In this document: positions 1 through 12,800 of the stretch, in pieces
How positions within the stretch are numbered: the first letter of the stretch is position 1
Layout of the letters: every line of letters begins with the position of its first letter
Assembly: GCA_965287045.1 (NCBI GenBank)
Contig: OZ336888.1
Location: 15,934,001-15,998,000, forward strand
Source of the DNA: Carcharhinus amblyrhynchos
Lineage: Eukaryota
Direction of reading: 5' to 3'
DNA length: 64,000 bases
The notes under the pieces: model-generated
Database searches by the model: none
The model's input: the letters and a program-made list of their open reading frames with translations, nothing else
Told to the model about the DNA's origin: nothing
Translations under genes and position numbers: made by a program

Positions 1-884
1 TTCAGAGACTACTGTCAGCGGTGAGTATTGTTTTTGGCACTCTCGTGTCCTGAAATTAATTTATTTGATGGGGCGATTAATATTGTTTCAAATTTGCCCC
101 ACGACTTAGGGCCAACGGCAATGACTCCATCAGGTGTACCAACTGTTCCTGAGACAGCAATTACTGGTGAGTAGATCTCCTTACACATTATAGCCTGATA
201 TTAATTTCAAGCTATTTGTAATTTAACACTCTGCAGCATTTTTTTCCTGTTACCTTAAACCAGCATGAACTGGAATGATAGTAAATCCCATTGTTTCTGA
301 AACGAAGAGTAATGATGTATGTATTCATTCACATTGTCACAATAGTATTTCAAAACCTCGAATAATTAGTTTTCAAAAGCAAACAACATTTGAAACTTAT
401 GAAATTTAATGTTGCGTTTGCTGAGAGCTGGACAATTATATTGTTATTCCTTTAGTCAACATGCCTGAGGAATTATTCTGGAGGGAAACCTCAGAATTTG
501 AGTGAGAGAATTATTACTGATCTGCGAGATTGTTTATGGGTCATGTTTGATCCGTACTGAGGTGTAAGCAATACCTGGTTAAGAATTTGACTAAGATAAT
601 GATACTTATAGTTAAACATTTCCTTGGAAATGAATTGCAGTCGTGGTGAATAAATACTCTGTCCAAATGTCTGTGCTGTTTAGGGCCATCAAGAACTGCA
701 GGAACTGGAGGACCAACCACTTCAGAGACCACCGTCAGTGGTGAGTTTCAGTTTATCGTACTCACCACATGAAATTAATTCTTGTGCTTCCTGGACGAAT
801 GTTATTTCATATTATTTGTGCTCCTAGGCCCAGTGGCAATGACTGTGACAGGTACACTTCCTGTTTCTGAGAGCAGAATTACTG
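1..884 (+). CDS. Unit 1 micro-exons
   Basis: A (3' part) 1-20, B 110-166, C 684-740, D 828-884; AG/GT flanked, 57 nt. Confidence 0.8.
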
Positions 885-3800
885 GTGAGCAGAGCTTCTT
901 TCACATTAAAAGTTGCTATTGGTTTTGTGCTGTTTGCGGTTTTTAGCTCAACCGTACATCTACAGTTACGTTGGACCTACACGCGGGAGCAGGGCAGTCA
1001 CTCAGACAGTTTCCAAAACTGTGATTAAGAATGATTGAATCTATTCTCAGTGCCATACGGTGTTTGTGATGCCAAGGTGTCCCAGCCAAGGGATATGTTG
1101 TTGGTGCGTCATTGCAGTTCTCTGTATTTTCAGTCCATTCAGAGGAAAGGATTTGAATGTGTACCAGTTGAGTTGTTCCATATTGCTTTTGATAAGCATC
1201 TTCTTGTCAGCATGTGCTTGTTTTTGCTTTGTGGTGATGGTAGAACGGTCAACAGGTAGGAATTATTGATTGCCTTCTTTCAGTTTTAGTATACATTTGC
1301 TTCTCAGTGCAGAAACTGTAAAAACATGCACGTTGGTGTTTCTCTTGTCTTATTGCTAATTGATGCATATTCATGTTGACACTGACAGAGCTTTGCATTG
1401 AAGGGAAATTGGAATATTAAATGCTACCTGACAGAGTAGATGTCTTGCATTATCAATTCTAACGTTTGGAAGAAGATAGTTATTGAATATGATTATTGAT
1501 GAAAATGTAGGTTGCGCAACATGACCGTGAAGTCAGCTTGAGACTGCGAATGGCAGCATTTATGGATTTAAAAAAGTAATAATAAGGCAGACTGTCCAAA
1601 CTTTAATGAGCAGTCATGGATGCTGGTTTTGACATTCTGCATTGCTGTTTTGGAAGTGTATATTGAAATTTAAAATGTGATATATTTATGTTTGTGTTTT
1701 GAAGAGGTAGGATTTTGGTGCTATTGACTTCAGATCGTTAAATCCATTTATTTGCATGAATGATGATCGATAAGGCATCAGGGGATTTGAGATGTACATT
1801 AATGCATGGTTTGTCTTTGACCGAAAGGCCGAATGGAAAGCACTTCGTTTGTAGACTTGCAGAACGACAGAACCTTTAATTTTGATTTGGCAGTATGATA
1901 GACCTTGCTGGTGAAATTTATGTGCATATATAATTTTGGGAAATCTTAGTGCCTCATTTGCTGACCCCATGTTGAAGTTTTTGTAATTGCCTGAAAAGCA
2001 GCTGGTTTTTGCAGTCAACTTGGTCAAGGACCTGTTCTGAATGGTAAGCGCTGCATTTGTGGAAGGGAATGATTAATTTTGTAGTTAGTGAATGGATATT
2101 TTCCTTTCTCCTTTGCAGTGTGGACCCATTTGTCACTTGAGGCTTTGACTGACATAATGATGCTAAGATGAATAGAAAATCTTGGGAAACAATTGCAGCA
2201 TGAATGAATAAACATTCTGTACAAATTCTGCTTCTCTTTAGGGCCGACACCGTTCACAGGAACTGGAAGACCTACAACTTCAGAGACTACTGTCAGTGGT
2301 GAGTATTGTTTTTGGCATTCTCGTCACCTGAAATTAATTGATTTGATTGGTAGATTAATATTGTTTCAAATTGGCTCCTCTACTTAGGGCCAACAGCAAT
2401 GACTTCACCAGGTGTACCAGCATTTCCCGAGATGGCAATTACTGGTGGGTGGATCTCCTTACATGTTATAACCCGATGTTAATTTCAAGCTATTTGTAAT
2501 TTAATGCTCTGCAGCATTTTTTCTGTTACCCTGGACCAGTACCAACTTGGATGATAGTAATTCCCATTTGTTTCAGAAACTGGGAGTAATTATGGCTGTA
2601 TTCATTCACATTGTCACAATCATATTTCAAAATCTTGAATAATTAGCTTTCAGAAGCAAATAACATTTGAAACTTGTGAAATTTAACATTGTGTTGCTGA
2701 GAGCAGGTCAGTGATATTGTTGTTCCTTTAGGAAACATGGCTGAGGAAGTGTTCTGAAGGGAAACCTCAGCATTTGAGTGAGAGAATTATTGCTGATCTG
2801 CAAGGTGGTTTATGGGTCATGTTTGATCCTTACTGAGGTGCAAGCAATACCTAGTGAAGAATTTGACTCTGATAATAATGCTCATAATTAAACATTTCCT
2901 TGGAAATGAAATGCAGCAGTAGTGAATAAATACTCTGTCCATAATCTATGCTGTTTAGGACCAACAAGAACTGCAGGAACTGGAGGACCAACCACTTCAG
3001 AGACCACCATCAGTGGTGAGTTTCAGTTTTATCGTACTCACCACATGAAATTAATTTTGTGCTTCATGGACTCATCTTATTTCCCATTATCTCTGCTCCT
3101 TAGGCCCAATGGGAATGACTGTGACAGGTACACTTCCTGTTTCTGAGAGCAGAATTACTGGTGAGCAGAGCTTCTTTCATGTTAAAAGCTTCTGTTAGTT
3201 TTGTAGTATTTGTGATTTTTAACGCTACCCTAGGCATACAATTGTGTTGGACCTGCACCAGGTAGCAGGGCAGTTATTCAGATAGTTTCTGAACCTGTGA
3301 TTAAGAACGATTGAATGTATTCTCAATGTCATACGACGTTTGCGATGCTGAGGTGTCCCAGGGAAGGGACATGTTGTTGGTGCGTCATTGCAGTACTTTC
3401 AGTCCATTCAGATGGAAGGGTTTGAATGTGTACCAGTTGAGTTGTTCCATATTGCTTTTGGTCAGCATCTTCTTGTTTGAATGTGCTTGTTTTTCCTTTG
3501 TCCTGATGGTAAAATGGTTCACAGATAGGAATTAATGATTTCTTTATTTCAGTTTTTGTACACATTTGCTTCTCAATGCAGAAACTGTAAACACATGCAT
3601 TTTGGTGTTTCACTTGCCTCACTGCTATATGATGCTTATTCATGTTGAAACAAAAGAGCTCTTCATAGAAGGAAAATTGGAATATTAAGTGCTACCTGAC
3701 ATAGTAGACGTCTTGCATTATCAATTATGACATTCAGAAGAGGACGGTGTTATTGAATACGATTATTAATGATAATGCAGGTTGTGCGGCATGCCCCAAA

Positions 3801-6800
3801 GTCAACTTGAGACATAAACGGCAGCATTTGTGAATTTGAAAAGATAATGATAAGGAAGGCTTTCCAAACACTAATGAGCATGGGTATATCTGGTCTTGAC
3901 ATTCTGCATTTCTGTTTTAGAAGCGTATATTGAAATTTAAAATTTGATATATATATACATGTGCGCTTTGAAAAGCTAGGATTTTGGTGCTATTGACTTT
4001 AGATCGCTAAATCCATTTATTCGAATCAGTGATGACTGGTAAGGGATCAGGAGATTTGAGACGTACAATAATGCATGGTTTGTTTGTCACCGAAAGGCCG
4101 AACGGAAAGCATTTGTAGATTTGCAGAATGACAGAGTCTTTTGTTTTGGTTGGGCAGTGTGTTAGACCTTGCTGGTGAAAGTTATATGCAGACATAATAA
4201 TTCCTTCCAACAAAATAAATTTGAAGCAGTAAATGTCAATATCATAATGAATTCCTGATCTGGAATGTCACCTTTGGGATTTTTGAAAGACATGTGTTAT
4301 TCTTTGGAAAATAAATGATTTAGTCATTGTTAAAATTTAACTTTCACTGGCAAATAATATCCAAATAATTTTGAGAAAACTTGGTGACAAATTTGCTGAC
4401 TGCATGTTGAATGTTTTCTAATTGCCTGAAAAGTAGGTGGTTTTAGAAGGCAACTTGGTCAAGGACCAGTTCTGAATGGTAAGCGCTGCATTTGTGGAAG
4501 GGAATGATTAATTTTGTAGTTAGTGAATGGATATTTTCCTTTCTCCTTTGCAGTGTGGACCCATTTGTCACTTGAGGCTTTGACTGACATAATGATGCTA
4601 AGATGAATAGAAAATCTTGGGAAACAATTGCAGCATGAATGAATAAACATTCTGTACAAATTCTGCTTCTCTTTAGGGCCGACACCGTTCACGGGGACTG
4701 GAAGACCTACAACTTCAGAGACTACTGTCAGTGGTGAGTATTGTTTTTGGCATTCTCGTCACCTGAAATTAATTGATTTGATTGGTAGATTAATATTGTT
4801 TCAAATTGGCTCCTCTACTTAGGGCCAACAGCAATGACTTCACCAGGTGTACCAGCATTCCCCGAGATGGCAATTACTGGTGGGTGGATCTCCTTACATG
4901 TTATAACCCGATGTTAATTTCAAGCTATTTGTAATTTAATGCTCTGCAGCATTTTTTCTGTTACCCTGGACCAGTACCAACTTGGATGATAGTAATTCCC
5001 ATTTGTTTCAGAAACTGGGAGTAATTATGGCTGTATTCATTCACATTGTCACAATCATATTTCAAAATCTTGAATAATTAGCTTTCAGAAGCAAATAACA
5101 TTTGAAACTTGTGAAATTTAACATTGTGTTGCTGAGAGCAGGTCAGTGATATTGTTGTTCCTTTAGGAAACATGGCTGAGGAAGTGTTCTGAAGGGAAAC
5201 CTCAGCATTTGAGTGAGAGAATTATTGCTGATCTGCAAGGTGGTTTATGGGTCATGTTTGATCCTTACTGAGGTGCAAGCAATACCTAGTGAAGAATTTG
5301 ACTCTGATAATAATGCTCATAATTAAACATTTCCTTGGAAATGAAATGCAGTAGTAGTGAATAAATACTCTGTCCATAATCTATGCTGTTTAGGACCAAC
5401 AAGAACTGCAGGAACTGGAGGACCAACCACTTCAGAGACCACCATCAGCAGTGAGTTTTGGTTTTATTGTACCTGCCACATTAAATCAATTTGTGTGCGT
5501 TGTGGACTAATGTTATTTCATCTTATCTCTGCTCCCTAGGGCCAATGGCAATGACTGCGACAGGTACACTTCCTGTTTCTGCGAGCAGAATTACTGGTGA
5601 GCACAGCTTCTTTCATGTTATGAGCTGCTGTTAGTTTTGTGCTATTTGTGAGTTTTAACACTACCGTATGTCTGCAGTTACGTTGGACCTGCACCAGGCA
5701 GCAGGGCAGTCAGTCAGATAGTTTCCGAAGATGTAACTAACAATGATTGAATGTATTCTCAGTGTCATACAATGTTTGCGATTCCAAGGTGTCCCATTGA
5801 AGGGACATGTTGTCGGTGCGTCATTGTAGTTCACAGTATTTTCAGTCCATTCAGATGGAAGGGTTTGAATGTGTACCAGTTGAGTGGATCCATATTGCTT
5901 TTTTTCAGCAGCATCTTGTTTGAATGTGCTTGTTTTTAATTTGTGCTGAATGTGAAATGGTCAACAGATAGGAATTAGTGATTGCTTCATTTCAATTTTT
6001 CTACACATTGACTTCTCAGTGCAGAAGCTGTAAAGACATGCATGTTGGTGTTTCACTTGCCTGCTAATTGATGCATATTCATGTTGACACTGAAGGAGTT
6101 TTTCATGAATGGAAATTGGAATAATAAATGCTACCTGATAGAGTAGATGTCTTGCATTATCAATTATAATGTTTGAAAGTGGCAGTGTTATTGAATATGA
6201 TTATTGATCATAATTCAGGCCGTCTCTGTGATGTCCGCTTGAGACCATGAATGGCAGCATTTAGGAATTTAAAAAGATAGTAAATAATAAGGCAGACTGT
6301 CCAAACTTTAATGAGCAGTCATAGATGCCGGTTTTGACATTCTGCACTGCTGTGTTGGAAGCATATATTGAAATTTAAAATGTGATATATTTACCTTTGC
6401 GTTTCGAAGAGCTAGTATTTTGGTGCTATTGACTTCAGATCGTTAAATCCATTTATTCGCATGAATGATGATCGATTAGACATCAGGAGATTTGTGATGT
6501 ATAGTAATGCACGGTTTGTCTGTGACTGAAAGGACAAAGTTGTAGACTTGTAGAACGCCAGACTGTTTTATTTTGATTTGGCAGTATGGATAAACTTTGC
6601 TGGTGAAATGTATGTGCAGACAGGCAGAAATAATTATTCCCAACAGAATAAATTCAAAGCAGTAAATTTCAATATCATAATGAATTCCTGATGAGAAATG
6701 ACAGTGGGATTTTTGAAAGACATACCTTATTCTTTGGAAAATAAATGATTTAGCCACTGTTAAAACTTCATTTTCACTGGCAAATACTCTCCAAATAATT

Positions 6801-9800
6801 TTGGGAAAATTTAGTGCCACATTTGCTGACCCCATGTTGAAGTTTTTGTATTTGCCTGAAAAGTAGCTGTTTTTTGAAGGCAACTTGGTCGAGGACGTGT
6901 TCTGAATAGTAAGCGCTGCATTTGTGGAAGGGAATGATTAATTTTGTAGTTGCGTACCGATATTTTCTTTTCTCCTTTGCGATGTGGAAGCGTTTACCAC
7001 TGGAGGCTTTGACTGACATAGTGATGCTAAGATGAATTAAAAATCTTGGGAAGCAATTTCACAGTTAATGAATAAATACTTTTATTTATTCATTAACTGT
7101 GAGGTCACCGTCAGTGGTGAGTTTCATTTTAATCGTATTCATCACATGAAATTAAATAGTGTGCTTCATGGACTCATCTTGTTTCCTATTATTGCTGCTC
7201 CCTAGGCCCAATGGGAATGACTGTGACAGGGATACTTCCTGTTTCAAAGAGCAGAATTACTGGTGAGCAGAGCTTCTTTCTTGTTAAAAGCTGCTTTTAG
7301 TTTTGTACTATTTGTGATTTTTAACTCTACCTGAGGCCTACAGTTGCGTTGGACCTGCACCAGGTAGCAGGGCATTCCCTCAGATAGTTTCCGAAAACGT
7401 GACTAACAATGATTGAATGTATTCTCAATGACATAAGATGTTTGCGATGCCAAGGTGTCCCAGGCAAGGGACGTGTTGTTGCATTGTTGCAGTTCACTGT
7501 ATTTTCAGTCCATTCAAATGGATGTGTTTGAATGTGTACCAGTTGAATTGTTCCATCTTGCTTTTGGTCAGCATCTCTTTGTTTGAATGTGCTTGTTTTT
7601 GCTTTGCACTGATGTAAAATGGTTGACAGATTGGAATTAGTGTTTTATTTATTTCAGTTTTTCTACACATTTGCTTCTCAATGCAGAAACTGTAAAGACA
7701 TGCATTTTGGTGTTTCACTTGCCTCACTGCTATATGATGTATATTCATGTTGAGACAAAAGAGCTTTTCATTGAACGGAAATTGGAACAGTAAATGCTAC
7801 CTGACACAGTAGATGTCTTGCATTATCAGTTATAACATTCAGACCAGGACAGTGTTATTGAATACGATTTTTAATGATAATGCAGGTTGTGCGGCATGCC
7901 CCGAAGTCAACTTGAGACCATGAATTGCAGCATTTGAGAATTTGAAAAGATAATAATAAGGAAGACTTTCCAAACATTAATGAACATTGGTATATCTGGT
8001 TTTGACATTCTGCATTTCTGTTTTAGAAGCGTATATCGAAATTTAAAATTTGATATATTTTCATTTGCGTTTTGAAGAGCTAGGATTTTGGTGCTATTGA
8101 CTTCAGATCGCTAAATCCATTTATTTGCATCAGTGATGACTGGTAAGGGATCAGGAGATTTGAGATGTACAATAATGCATGGTTTGTTTGTGACCGAAAG
8201 GCCGAATGGAAATCATTTGTAGATTTGCAGAATGACAGAGTTTTTTATTTTGGTTCAGCAGTGTGATAGATCTTGCTGGTGAAATTTACATGCAGACATA
8301 GAGACATAATTATCCCTTCCAACAAAATAAATACGAAGCAGTAAATTTCAATATCATGATCAATTCCTGCTCTGGAATGTCACCTGTGGGATTTTTGAAA
8401 GACATAGTTTATTCTTTGGAAAATAAATGATTTAGTTACTGTTAAAATTTCACTTTCAAATGCAAATATTCTCCAAATAATTTGGGGAAAATTTAGTGCC
8501 ACATTTGCTGACCACATGTTAAATCTTTTGTAATTGCCTGAAAAGTAGCTGGTTTTTGATGGCAACTTGGTCGAGGACCTGTTCTGAATGGTAAGTGCTG
8601 CATTTGTGGAAGGGAATGATTAACTTTGTAGTTTGTGAATGGATGTTTTCCTTTTCTGTTCGCAATGTGGAACCATTTGCCACTTGAGGCTTTGACTGAC
8701 ATAATGATGCTAAGACGAATAAAAAATCTTGGGAAACAATTGCATCAGTAATGAATAAATATTCTGTACAAATTCTGCTTCTCTTTAGGACCGACTCCAT
8801 TTGGAGGAACTGGAAGACCTACAACTTCAGAGACTACCGTCAGTGGTGAGTATTGTTTTTTGCATCCTCGTCACCAGAATTTAATTTATTTGATGGGTAG
8901 ATTAATATTGTTTCAAATTTGCCCCACTACTTAGGGCCAACAGCAATGACTCCATCAGGTGTACCAGCTGTTCCTGAGACAGCAATTACTGGTGAGTGGA
9001 TCTCCTTATACGTCGTAACCTGATATTCATTTCGAGCTATTTGTAATTTAATACACTGCAGCACTTTTTCTCTTACCTATCAACTAGAATGATAGTAAAT
9101 CCCATTGTTTCTGAAATGAAGAGTAATGATGGGTGTATTAATTCACATTGTGACAATCTTGTCACAGTCACAGTGACAATGTTTCAGAATCTTGAATAAT
9201 TAGCTTTCGCAAGCAAACGACATTTGAAACTTATTAAATCTAACATTGTGCTGCTGAGAGCAGGTCAATGATATTGTTATTCCTTTAGTCAACATGCCTG
9301 AGGAACTGTTCTGAAGGGAAACCTGAGAACTTGAGTGAGAATTATTGCTGATCTGCGAGATAGTTTATGGGTCATGTTTGATCCTTACTGAGGTGCAAGC
9401 AATACTTGGTTTGGAATTTGACTAAGATAATGACGCTTATAAACATTTCCTTGGAAATGAATTGCAGTCATCGTGAATAAATACTCTGTCCCAATTTCCA
9501 TGCTGTTTAGGACTAACAAAAACTGTAGGAACTGGAGGATCAACAACTTCAGAGACCACCGTCAGTGGTGAGTTTCAGTTTTGTCGTATCTGCCCCATTA
9601 AATCAATTTGTTTGCTTTGTGAACTAATGTTGTTTCATCTTATCCCTGCTCCCTAGGGCCAATGGCAATGACTGTGACAGGTACACTTCCTGTTTCTGCG
9701 AGTAGAATTACTGGTGAGCAGAGCTTCTTTGATGTTAAAAGCTGCTGTTAGTGTTGTGCTATTTGTAATTTTTAACACTACTGTCAGTCTTGTTACGTTG

Positions 9801-12800
9801 GACCTGCATGAGGTAGCAGGGCAGTCGCTCAGATAATTTCCGAATATGTAACTAACAATGATTGAATCTATTCTCAGTGTCATACAACGTTTGCGATGCC
9901 AAGGTGTCTCAGGCAAGGGACATGTAGTTGGTGCATCATTGTATTTTTAGTCCATTCAGATGGAAGGGTTTGAATGTGTACCAGTTGCATTGTTCCACAT
10001 TGCTTTTGGTAAGCATCTTCGTCTGTAAATGTGCTTGTTTTTACTTTGTGCTGATGATAAAATGGTCAACAGATAGGAATTATGATTGCTTCATTTCAGT
10101 TTTTGTATACATTTGCTTCTCAGTGCATAAACTGTAAAAACATGCATGTTGGTATTTCTTATTGCAAACTGATGCATATTCATGTTGACACTGACAGAGC
10201 TTTTCATTGAAGGAAAATTGGAATAGTAAGTGCTATCTGACAGAGTAGATGTCTTGCATTATCAATTATAGCATTCAGAAGAGGACAGTGTTATTGAATA
10301 TGATTATTAATGATAATGCGGATTGTGCGGCATGCCCCTGAAGTCAGCTTGAGACCATGAATTGCAGCATTTGTGCATTTGAAAAGATAGTAATAAGGAA
10401 GACTTTCCAAACATTAATGAGCACTGGTTGAAGCTGGTTTTCACATTCTGCATTGCTGTTTTAGAAGCATATATTGAAATTTAAAATGTTTATATATTGA
10501 CATCTGCATTTTGAAGAGCAAGGATTTTGGTGCTATTAACTTTAGATTGCAAAATCCATTTATTTGCATGAATGATGATTGGTAAGAGATCAAGAGATTT
10601 GAGATGTACAACAAAGCATGGTTTGTCTGTGACCAAAAGGCTGAATAGAAAATATCTCATTTGTAGAATGACAGAGTGTTTTATTTTGGTTTGGCAATAT
10701 GATAGATCTTGCTGGTGAAATTTATATGCATACAGACAGACATAATTATTCCTTCCAACAGAATAAATTCAAAGCTGTAAACTTCAATATCATAATGAAT
10801 TCCTGATCGGAAATGCACTTGTTCAGTGGACTTCTGGGCGGCACGGTAGCGCAGTGGTTAGCACTGCTGCTTCACAGCTCCAGGGTACTGTGTTCGATTC
10901 CCGGCTCGGGTTACTGTATGTGTGAGTTTGCACATTCTCCTCGTGTCTGCGTGGGTTTCCTCCGGGTTCTCCGGTTTCCTCCCACAGTCCAAAGATGTGT
11001 GGGTTAGGTTGATTGGCCATGCTAAGAAATTGCCCCTTAGTGTCCAGGGATGTGTAGGTTAGAAGAATTAGTGGGTATAATATGTAGGGATATGGGGGTA
11101 GGGCCTGGGTGGGATTGTATTCAGTGCAGAAGGGCCTCCTTCTGCACTGTAGGATTCTATGATTCTATGACATACATTATTCTTTCGAAAATAAATGATT
11201 TAGTTACTGTCAAAATTTCACTTTTACTGGCAAATAATATCCAAATAATTTTGAGAAAATTTAGTGCCACATTTGCTGACCCCATGTTGAATTTTTTGTA
11301 ATTGCAAGAACGGTGGCTGGTTTTTGAAGGCTACTTGGTTGAGGAACTGTTCTGAATGCAAGCGCTTCATGTGTGGAAGGGAATGATTAATTTTATAGTT
11401 AGCGTATGGATATCTTCCTTTTTCCTTTGCAATATGGAACGATTTGCCACTAGAGGCTTTGACTGACATGGTAATGCTAAGATGAATCAAAAATCTTGGG
11501 AAACAATTGCAGCATCAATGAATAAATATTCTATACAAATTCTGCTTCTCTTTAGGGCCAACACCATTCACAGGAACTGGAAGACCTACAACTTCAGGGA
11601 CGACGATCAGTGGTGAGTCTTATTTTTGGCATCCTCGTCACCTGAAATTAATTGATTTGATGGGTAGAATAATATTGTTTCAAATTTGCTCGATTGCATT
11701 GGGCCAACAGCAATGACTCCATCAGGTGTACCAAACTGTTTCCGTGACAGTAGTTACTGGTGAGTAGATCTCCTTACACATTATAACCTGATATTCATTT
11801 GGGGAATTTGTAATTTAATACTCTGCAGCATTTTTTCTGATACCTTGGACCAGCAACAATGAGGATAATAGTAAATTCCATGGTTTTTGAAACAAAGATG
11901 GGTGTATTTTCTCATTGTGACAATGATATTTCAGAGCCTTAAATAATTAGCTTTCGCCAGCAAACAACATTGGAAACTTGTGAAATTTATTGTTGTATTG
12001 CTGAGAGCAGGTCAATGATATTGTTATTCTGTCATGCAACATGACTGAGGAACTATTCTGAAGGGAAACCTCAGAATTGGAGTGAGGGAATTATTGCTGA
12101 TATGCGAGATAGTTTTGTGGATCATGTTTGATTCGTACTGAGATGCAAGGAATTCCTGGTTAAGAATTTGACTAAGATCATAATGCTTATAACTAAACAT
12201 TTCCTTGGAAATAGATTGCAGTAGTAGTACATAAATAATCTATCCCAATTTTCATGCTGTTTAGGACCAACAAGAAGTGTAGGAACTGGAGGACCAACAA
12301 CTTCAGAGACCACCATTAGTGGTGAGTTTCAGTTTATCGTACTCACCACATGAAATTAATCTTTGTGCTTCCTGGACTAATGTTATTTCACATTATTTCT
12401 GCTCCTAGTCCCAGTGGCAATGACTGTGACCGGTACAGTTCCTGTTTCTGAGAGCAGAATTACTGGTGAGCAGAGCTTCTTTCATGTTCAAAGTTGCTGT
12501 TGGTTTTTTGCTATTTGTGGTTTCTGGCTCAACCATACGTCTACGGTTACGTTGGACCTGCACGTGGGAGCAGGGATGTGACTCAGATAGTTTCTGAAAC
12601 TGTGATTAACAATGATTGAATGTATTCTCAGTGCCATATGAAGTTTGCGATGCCAAGTTTGTTGGTGTGTCATTGCAGTTCACTGTATTTTCAGTCCAAT
12701 CAGATGAAAGGATTTGAATGTGTATCAGTTGAGTTGTTCCACATTGCTTTTTGTAAGCATCTTCATGTTAGCATGTACATGTTTTTGCTTTGTGGTGATG

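Noticed and set aside
10836-10910. tRNA gene
   Set aside because: tRNA-like A/B boxes are the head of a SINE, followed by V-domain and tail.
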